Origin: Felis catus
Lineage: Eukaryota
DNA: 64,000 nucleotides
Reading direction: 5' to 3'
Assembly: GCF_018350175.1 (NCBI RefSeq)
Contig: NC_058382.1
Location: 57,538,001-57,602,000 of the forward strand
Program-made: the position numbers and the translations under genes
Notes under the pieces: generated by a model
The model's database searches: none
Told to the model about the DNA's origin: nothing
Seen by the model: the letters and a program-made list of their open reading frames with translations, nothing else
Shown: piece by piece, positions 35,560 through 45,530 of the stretch
Position numbering within the stretch: position 1 is the first letter of the stretch
Layout: each line of letters begins with the position of its first letter

Positions 35560-36160
35560 CACATTGATCATAAACTTGGTGTCTGAACACTTATGGGACA
35601 GGCGCTGTTCTAGGCTCTAAGGATATTAGAATGAACATACCCTAACCGTCTCTGCTTTCATGGAGCTTCTGTTTTGGGGAGAAAGACATGTGTTAAGGAA
35701 AATAAGTATATGGCATATCAAGGATATGTTCTAAGGAGACAAAAGAAACAAAAAAGAGGATAAACGGTGTTGGGGGTAGGGTCCACTTTATCAAGGGCAA
35801 CCAGGGAGGTCCTCGTGAGAGAGAACGGACAGGTGGAGAGGACATTCCAGGCGGATGGCCGAGCAAGTGCTAATGTCCTGGGGCAGGAGGAACAGCAGGG
35901 AGGCTGGCGTGCTAGAGAAGAGAGGGTGTCGGGGAAGGAGGACAGGATTTGGGGGTCAGGACCAGATCGTGGAGGGCCTCGTAGGTCACTGTGTGGACTT
36001 CTACTCAGGGCGGTGGGGGCCCGTGGAAAGTCCCGGGCAGAGGAGGCACAGGATCAAGTGTGAGTTTTGCCAGGCTCTCTGGCCGCTGCCTCGGGGTTAG
36101 ACGGAAGCGGCAGGTTGGAGTGGTGGGATATTGCATTATAGGGTATTGCTATCACCCAGC
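35560..36160. mobile_element. L2 LINE remnant (similar remnants at ~7340-7620, 50160-51050 and 54500-54630)
   Basis: acacttatgggacaggcgctgttctaggctctaaggata...gtctctgctttcatggagctt...acattccaggc...agatcgtggagggcctcgtaggtcactg. Confidence 0.65.
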
Positions 36161-37401
36161 CAAGGTGCGAGGGGCTAATTTTTCCATTGCTAACTAGCTG
36201 GGTCACCTCGTCACGTCTGGGCGATCTAATCGGTCGTGGCTCAAAATAAAGAGAATCTCTGCTCAAGAGAAAGCGTGAGCCTCGGAAGGCTCAAAGCTGT
36301 TGCCTCCCTGTCTGGAGACTCTAGCTTATGGTTCTAATATTCTTGGGGCTCCAACTGTTCATTAATTCATCAGGTATTAGTGGGACACTCACCACGGGTC
36401 AGGGATCATGCTAGAGTTGAGGCTCTAATAGAAAGCAAGGCGTGTGTGGACCTCACCTCCCCAGGGCAGCCTCATAATTATCGGGGCAGAATGGGGGAAC
36501 CTCGCGGCTTTGGCTGAGCAGCATGCGACGGGACAAAAGATGATCAGTCTCCTGCTCTGTGTCCTCAGCGCCACGTGGCCTCCTCTATGGGAAGTCACAC
36601 CTGTCAGGAAACCCCTGGGTGATCCCCCAGCTGAACTGTGCTCGCCGGCCACCCAGTTATTGCTTATTCAATTAATAATCAAAAATAAAGTCAGATGGAG
36701 ATGCGTTAAGAAACACTCCTTTCATGGCAGTGTCCTCAGCGTCGGTGACATTCTGGAAACAAACTACCCCGACAGCATGAGCTAAGAACCTGCGTGTATC
36801 TGTACGTGCAGTCAGTAAATGGATACATTTCGCGTCACTTTCCCTCCCGTCCGTCTCCAGCTTCTAAATTAATACTTGCGAATGGTAGCAGCTCCATGAA
36901 CTTTTGCCAAATGAATAAATAGTGGGCTGATGCGAATACACAATGTAATCCAAGTGCCCAGCACACAGCCCTCAGTACACGGTAGACGTCATTATACGAC
37001 CTGCCTCCAGTCCCCTGGCTGTCTCTCCAGCATCCTCTCTGCCAAGCCTCACTGCCGGTCCAGCCCGGCTTTCCAGGTACTACGTGGATTCCTCCAGCGT
37101 TTCCTGGACCGAGCTGCTCTCCACCTGCTTAGGCCCCACCGCAACCCTCGCGGGGCCGGTGGGTATGGGCTGCTTGGGACGCCTTGGCTGACGCCTCTTT
37201 GTGATCCTCAGCTCACCCCACTCTAGCAGACAGATAGGATTTTTGTTTAACCCTGCCGACCCTGTGAGAAGAGAAAGGGAGACTTCCAGCAGGGGGCTTG
37301 CCCACGGATCCCCTGCGGCTGAGCAGACGGACAGCTAGGAGCTGAGCTCAGATCCATCGGACCCCAAAGTCCACTCTGGAGATTCCTGTCCCATCCATGT
37401 T

Positions 37402-37901
37402 TTTTTTTTAATTGATTTTTATTTTTATTATTTATTTATTTCATTAAAAATTTTTTTAATGTTTATTTATTTTTGAGAGAGAGACTGAGTGTGAGCGGGG
37501 GAGGGGCAGAGAGAAAGAGGGAGACAGAATCCGAAGCAGGCTCCAGGCTCCGAGCTGTCAGCCCAGAGCCCGACGTGGCGCTCGAACCCATGAACCGTGA
37601 GATCATGACCTGAGCCGAAGTCGGACACTTAACCAACTGAGCCGCCCAGGCCCCCATAATTTATTTTTATTTTTATTAATTTCTTTTTTCATGTTCACTT
37701 ATTTATTTTTGAGAGAGAGAGAGAGACAGAGAGTGAGCAGGGGAGGGGCAGACAGAGAGGGAGAGAGACAGAATCCCAAGCAGGCTCTGCACTGTCAGAG
37801 TAGAGCCCAGTGTGGGGCTCGAACCCACGAACTGTGAGATCATGACCTGAGTCAAAACCAAGAGTCAGATGCTTAACCGACTCAGCCAACCAGGTGCCCC
37901 C
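37402..37901 (-). mobile_element. Two tandem SINECs enclosed by one TSD
   Basis: gtcccatccatgtt at 37388-37401 and 37903-37916. Confidence 0.9.
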
Positions 37902-38924
37902 AGTCCCATCCATGTTGACAGCCTTCGGAAGAAAAAAAAAAAATTGAGAAGTCATAGTATTTGTGCTGGAGTCCTGGGGTCACGGATTATTATTTTTTTT
38001 TTTCAAAATCTCTTGGTTTTGTCATAATAATTAATCTTGCCTTTAGAGTAGAAAAGATACTTATTTTTGTAGGCTGCAGGAGATTGAAGATTATTTCTTT
38101 TCCCCTCCGAGCTGCCTGTCTGGCGGAAGAGAAAAACCTAAGTTCGACGAAAGCGCATGAAAAACGAAGCTGTGCTTGGCCGAGTGGGGAAGGAAGGGCT
38201 CGCAGGGGCGACGGGACGGAGACAAATGAAGGGCATTAAATGGCAACGTTGCCGCCTGAACTCCTCGCTAATGCGAAGGTGCCGTGGTTAATGGCTCGTT
38301 TCATGAGACCGAAGTCGCCGGCACATCCGTCTCTGGGCCGATCCCGGGCCCGGTCCTCTGAGGCCGGCAGGATACGCTGGACGTTCCGGAAAATCAGTGG
38401 AAAATCAGAATGGCAGTGAGCCTTCTGTGAGTGAGCGTTCAGTGCCTTCTCAGGCAGGCTCAGAATGGGGAGTGCCATCCAGACCACTGGTGCCTCTCCC
38501 CTGGTCTCCGCTTTCCTTACCGGTGTCTCCCCTGGCGACGGGGACGTCCCCGCCTGGGGTGGTGCCAGGTGTGGGGAGACAGGGACAGTGGGTGCGTGTG
38601 CTGCTGCTTTGCACGGATACGTCAACTCGATCACGACTGCCAACCCAAAACGAGAGCGGCGGCAGGACAACGAGAGGAGATATGGGCACCACTGCAAGGG
38701 CACGGGCTGGGAGGTGGCAGTCTGGGTCCCCGAGTGCTCCCAGGGCAGCCGGCCGGGCCGGAGTGCGGCCTTGATGGGTAGCATTAAGCAGGTTTCACGT
38801 AACGCGTCCTGCGCCGTGAGCCGCAGCTGGGGGCTCAAGTGGACAACCTCGGGTTCCAGTCGGCTCTGGATGAAAAGTCCTCTGTGTTGGTTTTATTAAG
38901 GGGCCCAGAGGAGCCCCACAGCAG

Positions 38925-39160
38925 AAGGGCCACGTGACGACGGAGGCAGAGAGGGGAGCCACGCGGCCCCAAGCCGAGGCTTGCCAACGCCAGAAGCTGG
39001 AGAGAGGCCTGGAGCAGACGGTCCCCGGAGCGTCCAGAAGGAGCCCAGCCTGTCCACACCTTCATCCCAGACTCCCGGCCCCCAGAACTGTAAGAGGACA
39101 GATTCCCGGGGTCTTAAGTCTCTGGTTTGTGCTTTGTTATAGCAGCCCTTCCAGACTGTC
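38925..39160 (+). mobile_element. MLT1-type MaLR LTR fragment
   Basis: ggccacgtgacgacggaggcagag...ccagaagctggagagaggcctggagcaga...ccagaactgtaagag...tttgttatagcagccc. Confidence 0.8.
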
Positions 39161-39344
39161 AGCGAGTGGGAAGTTCCGTAGAGAAAAACAAAGCAGGCTA
39201 ACAGGAGGGAAGGACGGAAGGTGGCCATGAGGGCCAGAGTGGCCGTGACCTCTTCTCAGAGACCTGAGTGGGTGAGGGGAAAGAAAGTTCCGGGCAGCCT
39301 GGTACCTTGGGGCTGTCATTCTCTAACTGCTTTACTTCGGGACT

Positions 39345-40140
39345 CCAGAAAGCCTTTGTTTTTATAAGTTATGTCTGTTGTTATTTATTTAGGGATGAAA
39401 ACTGAGGTGTCCCTGGGGGGCTCAGTCAGTTGAGCGTCCAATTCTTGACTTCAGCTCAGGTCATGGTCGCATGGTTTGTGGGCTCTCGCTCCGTGTCAGC
39501 CTGCTTGGGATCCTTTCTTTCTGTCTCTCAAAAAAAAAAAAGGGGGGGGAATGAAAACAGACATTTAAAAATAAGTATAATAATGTAGTAATCATAAAGT
39601 CATTGTATATCAACATAAAAATAACGTATTTTTTTATTTTTTTTATTTTTTTTTAAATTTTTTTTCAACGTTTTTTTATTTATTTTTGGGACAGAGAGAG
39701 ACAGAGCATGAACGGGGGAGGGGCAGAGAGCGAGGGAGACGCAGAATCCGAAGCGGGCTCCGGGCTCTGAGCCGTCAGCACAGAGCCCGACTCGGGGCTC
39801 GAACTCACAGAACGTGAGATCGTGACCTGAGTTGAGGGTGGATGCTGAACCGACTGAGCCTCCCAGGCGCCCCCATTCATTTTTTTAAGAAATGAGGTTT
39901 GCAGATAATTGTGGCTATCTTTCTTCGTTGCTCTGCCCAAAGCTGACAGATTTCTTAAGGGAAAATTCAAATTGGCATGTGAAATCGTATCAATGAACTT
40001 TATTGTACTCAGGTTGAAATCCATCAGTGTATCTTGTGCTCTACACGGATCTTTTACTCGTGCATGATTTTATAACATCCCACATGGGTCATATGGAAAA
40101 TATCGATTCACTGAGTTATGCACATCTTCCAAATGTTAAC
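39345..40140. mobile_element. Charlie1-like DNA transposon remnant interrupted by two SINECs (~39405-39540 +; ~39630-39873 -)
   Basis: tgtgaaatcgtatcaatgaactt...ttgaaatccat...gatcttttactcgtgcatgatttt...ggaaaatatcgattcactgagttatgcacatcttccaaatgtt. Confidence 0.65.
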
Positions 40141-40239
40141 GATCGTTAAAAAGTGCCGGGCACGATATTCCATGTGCTGGACCATTATTTCATGTCCTCG
40201 TGGCAACATACTTGCAAAGTGGCGGTTTTATCCCGTGTT

Positions 40240-40730
40240 AACTCACGTCCTGTTGTTGCCGTAAAAAAGGACCACAAATCTACTGGTTTACATATGACTA
40301 TTTTACAATTCTGCAGGTCAGAAGATTTACGAAAATCGAGGTGTGGTCAAGGCTCTGTTCCTTCTGGGAGAAGTAGGAGAAAATCTGTTTCTTTCTGTTT
40401 TCTAGCTTCTAGAGACTGCATGCATTCCTGGGCTCATGGCCCTTTCCCCCATCTTCAAAGCCAGCAGCGTAACATCTTCAAAGCAATCTCCCTCTCCCTC
40501 CCCGCTCTCCCCCTGGTGCCGCCTCCCTTTTTTCCTTGTAAGGACCCTTGTGCTTACAAGGGGCCCACCCAGATAATCCAGAAAGCTCTCTTCCTCCCAA
40601 GGTCCTTAATTCTCCAGGTCCTCAACTTAATCCCATTCCTTTTTGTCACGTGAGGTCATGTAGTCACAGATTCCAGGAATTTGGACGTGGGTACTTTGGG
40701 GATGGGAGGGGGGCTGGCGTTATTTTGCCT
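40240..40730 (-). mobile_element. MLT1-type MaLR LTR
   Basis: tacaattctgcaggtcagaag...ttttctagcttctagagactgc...cattcctgggctcatggccc...atcttcaaagccagcagc...gggcccacccagataatccag. Confidence 0.82.
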
Positions 40731-40744
40731 ACGGTACCCCTTTT

Positions 40745-40965
40745 TTTTTAAATTTTTTTTCAATGTTTTTATTTATTTTTGGGACAGAGAGAGACAGAGC
40801 ATGAGCAGGGGAGGGGCAGAGAGAGAGGGAGACACAGAATCGGAAACAGGCTCCAGGCTCCGAGCCATCAGCCCAGAGCCTGATGCGGGGCTCGAACTCA
40901 CGGACCGCGAGATCGTGACCTGGCTGAAGTCGGACGCTTAACCGACTGTGCCACCCAGGCGCCCC
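40745..40965 (-). mobile_element. Young SINEC_Fc-type insertion with a perfect 15-bp TSD
   Basis: tacggtacccctttt at 40730-40744 and 40966-40980. Confidence 0.95.
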
Positions 40966-41469
40966 TACGGTACCCCTTTTCACAAAAGATTCACGGAAAG
41001 GTGAAGTAACCCGCTGAAGTCCACACAACCAGTGAGTTGGGGGAGTCTGGATTTTAATTCAGGCTTATCTTGACTCTGGGTTCCTCCAATGTCCCTAAAC
41101 GCATTGCAAAGACCAGGGCCTGCTCAGCACTATAGGGCCCATGATGATTGTTGATATTTTCTCTTTACTATTTACCCCTTTGTATCGAGAGACCGTGTGT
41201 TATTATCTCTATGAGTGATTTGAAGATTAGAATTAGGTCTTATTTATTATAATTTTTATTTTTTGTTCAAGCACCGTTGCGATAAAAATCAGACATCAAC
41301 CACCCCAAGACACCAGTGGGTTTTCACATACCTTTGTCTTTATCCATGCGCATATATTATTTTTCTGGATAGCATGGATACAATATTATATTGCTTCCCC
41401 AGCTTTCTGTTATATAATTTTTCAAAAACGCCCAGAAAAGTTGATGGTACCCCTTTGATCCGATTGTGA

Positions 41470-41800
41470 ACATACGCCTCATTTGCCTTCCATGTATAGT
41501 TGTGCGTCTTTATGCGCTGTTTTTTGTTGAACCATTAAAAAAAAACTCACAGGCATCGTGACATTGACCCCTAAATTTTTCAGAGGCATATTCTAACAAT
41601 AAGAACATTCTCTCACGTGAGCATAATATCATTAGTATGCCACCACAATTACCAATAATTCACTGAACGCCTCTGTATCTCCGGGCCATACTCCAATCTC
41701 TCTGTCAAAAGATATTCACCGGCTTAAAAAACACATCAGGATCCCATCAAGATTCACCCACTGTATTTGGTTATATTTTTAGCTCTTTCATTTTAGAACA
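41470..41800 (-). mobile_element. Old L1M-type fragment
   Basis: ttgaaccatt...caggcatcgtgacattgacccctaaat...aagaacattctctcac...aatatcatt...catcaggatcccatcaagattcac. Confidence 0.55.
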
Positions 41801-42479
41801 GTTTCCTCCCTCTCCCTGATCTCTTTTGCATGGCATCCCATTTTTGAGAAGGCGAGGCCCTCGGTCTTGAAATGTAACCGTGGATCATACTGTTGACCTC
41901 TGCTGCTTGGCACGGGGTCCGGCAATATCAAGTTCTCTCCGTGCACGTTCGGGGAACAAGCGAGACCAGGGATAAGGGTTGTGAGTAAGAATCACAGAAG
42001 CTACTTTTTTTTTTTTTTTTGCTTTTGAGAGTTGGCCAAGTTGTTCACACTCATCTAATAGGGCCTTCCCAGAAATCCTGTGAGTTCAGAAATTGTATGA
42101 GTCTCCTTTACAGGTGAGGAAAACAGAAGGGTTTAGAAAGGGAAGTAACAGGTCTGAAATCACTCACCTAGAAAGGGAGGCCCAAGCAGATGGTTAAGTG
42201 CGTGGCCTGGCAGGGGGCTCACTGTTTCGGGAATCCGTGCCCCCAAAGTCGATTTGTCTGCGTACGTGCCTGCACGTGTGTAACGGGCAACACGGACTGA
42301 GCGCTCACCAGGCGCCAGGCCCCGATGCTAAGCGCTTTACGTGTGTGCGTTTGAGTCTTCGCCACTGCCTGGCAATAGGCGTGGCCCAGAGTGGGCGCTC
42401 AGGCAATGTCTGTGGGATGAACAGTGAATAAATGAATGAATGCACGGAACTGTTATCACCACGAGCAGGGGAGGCTCCT

Positions 42480-43450
42480 CCCGGGCCCTCGGCGCTCATT
42501 TGGGAGACCCCGGCCCAGGGAGACCTTGGGGTTCGGCGCCCGGGGCCGGCCTCAGGTCGCGCGGCTCCGGGCTCCGGACGTCCCGAGTCACGCCCAGCAC
42601 CCCGGAGGCCCGCCAGCAGGTGAGAGGCCCGGGCCGGCCGGGCGCTTTGGCATCATTACCCCCGTCCCCCGCCCTTTCTCCTTCCGGGACCGCGGCCGGG
42701 GCCCCCAGCGCGCGGCCCCGCGGCCCGCACCGCGAAGGGGCGCGGGCTCGGAGTCCACCAGGCCCACTCCCGCCGCGCACGCCCACCTGTCGGCCGCGCA
42801 TGCGCACCAGGCGCCCGGCGCGCCCGGCCGCCCCGCGCCCCGCGGCGCGCGGCCAGTGCGCAGGCGCGGCGGCCGATGCGAGTGTGTATGTGCGGGCGAG
42901 AAGATGGCGGCGGCGGGGGAAGCAGCGTGAGGAGTCGGACGAGCGCCGAGGCTCATTGAAACGGGCCGCCATGGCCCTCCGCAACCCGCAGGTAGCTGCC
43001 GGCCCGCGCCCTGGGCGGGAGCGGCCCCGAGCCGCGGCGGGCGGCCCCGGGGCGGGCGGGCGCGCCCTGCCCGGAGCGAGCGTGTGGGAGTGGGGGAGGG
43101 CGCCGGGACACGCTGCCCCGGACTAGGCCCCGGCCTCCCGCCGCCGCCGCGCCCCGGCCGCCCGCCGCCGCCCCGCGCGGAGCCAGCAGGGGCCCGCCTT
43201 CGGGGACCAGCGGGGAGGGGCGCCGGGCCGCCTGCGGGGGTCGCGAAGGGGTTAACCTCCGGGCGGACCGCGGGGGAGCCGGGGGTGCGGAGGTGGGAGA
43301 GGCAGCCGGGGGGCTTCGAGAGGCCCCGCCGCGGCGGGGCTCTCCAGGCACTCGGGTCACCTCTGGGCGCGGAGCGGGACCCCAAGGCGTGGGGGTGCCC
43401 CGCTGCCCCCGTGCCCCCAAAGGTCGCTTCCTCAGCTTGATTGACCGGGG
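42480..43450 (+). promoter_or_regulatory. USP10: CpG-island promoter of USP10 with NRF1 and YY1 motifs
   Basis: CpG island containing GCGCATGCGC at 42796-42805 and TGCGCAGGCGC at 42857-42867 (NRF1 consensus) and AAGATGGCGGC at 42901-42911 (YY1 consensus). Confidence 0.88.
42971..42991 (+). CDS. USP10: USP10 (ubiquitin-specific peptidase 10) first coding exon, MALRNPQ; the gene continues past the window
   Basis: gccgccATGG Kozak, 7 codons, phase-0 donor CAG|gtagct at 42992. It resembles the recalled human MALHSPQ exon and upstream ...KRAA leader, and lies downstream of KLHL36 as expected. Confidence 0.88.
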
Positions 43451-44887
43451 GGGGGGGGCTTGCTGGTTCTCTGGTTTGGGGACGTGAGTCACTGGGGAAC
43501 AGCCTTCGGTTACTGTTGCAAAGGAAAGTGGAAATCAAGTCCCCAGGACCGTACTTTGAGTTGCATCTGAGTGACATCTTTTGCATGAACCCATCTCAGC
43601 CTGGCTGACGCTAACGCGCCGTGTCACAGCACCAGCCGAAGTTTAGGGACCATTTACAATGATCCCATAGTGGAGGGAAAGAGTGAGACGCACCTTTTTC
43701 TCTTCTGGGGAGGTGTACGTGTAGAGTTGACCCCCCCCCCCCCCCCAATTTTCAATGACTCTGGGTATTACAGTTGCTCCTATGGTATTATCTTTCAGGC
43801 TTGCTTTCGACCGCTGGCTTTTTGACATCTAATCCCTAGAAATTTCTGCACTTTATACCGTCCCAGTGTGCTTTGGTATTGAAATGTGGGAAAGTGAAAC
43901 AAAGTAGCTACTGGGAGAACTGGTGGCCCGCAGATCGCCTCTGCGAACTGTTGGGTGTTTCTCGCCCTTTGGAAATGAAGTCGATTTTAATAGCTGTTGA
44001 GATTAATGCCTATCCTGAAATTTAAAACGCGAAAACTTTTTTTTTTTTTTCCTTAAATGAGATCTTACAGGAGGCTGGAATGTTGTCAAATTTTTGATAC
44101 TTTAGTTTGCAGAAGTTTCTCCCTTTAACTTCTGGTTCACTTGTTCATCTACTTTGTATTTCGTATGGTTCTTTGCACAAAAAAGGGGGCTTAGCATTTG
44201 AGTAATTTTTTACAAATGTGTAATTGAAAGATTTTTGTTTTCTTAAGAGGTTTGATATTTGCCTTTTTCTCAAATATAAACGTGTATAGCTCATTGTTAA
44301 AATTGGTATGAACAGGTACGAGATTCATTGTGAACGAACGTGTAATGTATTCATAGTGATTTTGAAGTGAAGGCATGTTTAGCCATAATTCATTCTATTT
44401 TTTTTTCAAGATTTTATTTTTTTAAGTAATTTCTATGCTTAACTGTGGGGCTCAAACTCACAACCTTGAGATCAAGAGTTGCGTGCACTACAGGCACCCC
44501 TAATTCAGTCCATCATCATAAGCACCAGTTACAATGCAAACCTGATTTAAATGATAACTAGCCGTGACGATATATAAACTTAATTGTAATTTCATCTACA
44601 TTCATTGTCCTAGTATTCACGTTTCAAACAATATTGCCTATACCCATTTTTAGAAAACCGCAGTGGCAAAAGTCAGTTGAACATAAATGTTAGCAACTCT
44701 TTGAGGTTATTCTTTTAATACGTTTATTTTTAAGTATAATTTGAGTGCTTTTAAGTTCTAGCATGGAGAACGTAGCAAAAGAATAGTTTGATTTCTCATA
44801 GTCTTTTTCAAAGAATAGTAATGAAAACAAGTAATGAAATAATGTGACACGATTTGGTAATTGTATCCTGCTTGCATCAGGCTGAAC

Positions 44888-45530
44888 ATTTTTTTTTTTT
44901 TTAATTTTATTTATTTTGGAAGAGGCAGAGCGAAAGCAGGAGTGAGAGCACGTGCACAAGCAGGGGAGGGCCAGACAAGAGAGGGAGAGAGAATCCCAGT
45001 CAGGCTGGTGCTGTCTGCACAGAGCCCGCCTTGGAGCTCAGTCCCACGAAAGAAACCGTGAGATCATGACCTGAGCCAAAATCAAGAGTCGGACGTTTAA
45101 CCCACTGAGCCTCCCAGGCACCCCAGGCTGAGCATCTTAATAAATTTGTTTTATTAGACCTTCTGTCCTAAGAGCCCTGCAGAGACACTGGTCATTCACT
45201 CATTAATTGAACAGTTACCGATCACTTACCATGTGTTAAGCATCATGAGACGCATGTTACTTGTGTACAATTGGGAATGACGACCACAAATTAACAGTAA
45301 GGGTTTTATATTAAAATTGGGTTGTTGGGGCGCCTGGGTGGCTCAGTCTGTTAAGTGTCGGACTTCGGCTCAGGTCATGATCTCGCAGTTTGTGGGCTCG
45401 AGTCCCACATTGCCCTCTCTGCTGTCAGCACAGAGCCCGCTTCTCGGATCCTCTGTCCCCCCTCTCTGCCCCTCTCCTGCTCATTCTGTCTCTCTCAAAA
45501 TAAATAAATAAACTTTAAAAAATAAAACAA
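44888..45530. mobile_element. Head-to-head SINEC pair in USP10 intron 1 (44888-45124 -; 45327-45530 +)
   Basis: Both bodies are readable, with near-perfect TSDs aggctgaacat/aggctgagcat and aaaattgggttgtt/aaaattggattgtt. Confidence 0.9.

Noticed and set aside
42436..43586. Long ORFs (up to 332 aa) across the USP10 promoter
   Set aside because: Same CpG-island artefact; only MALRNPQ plus its donor fits a known gene.
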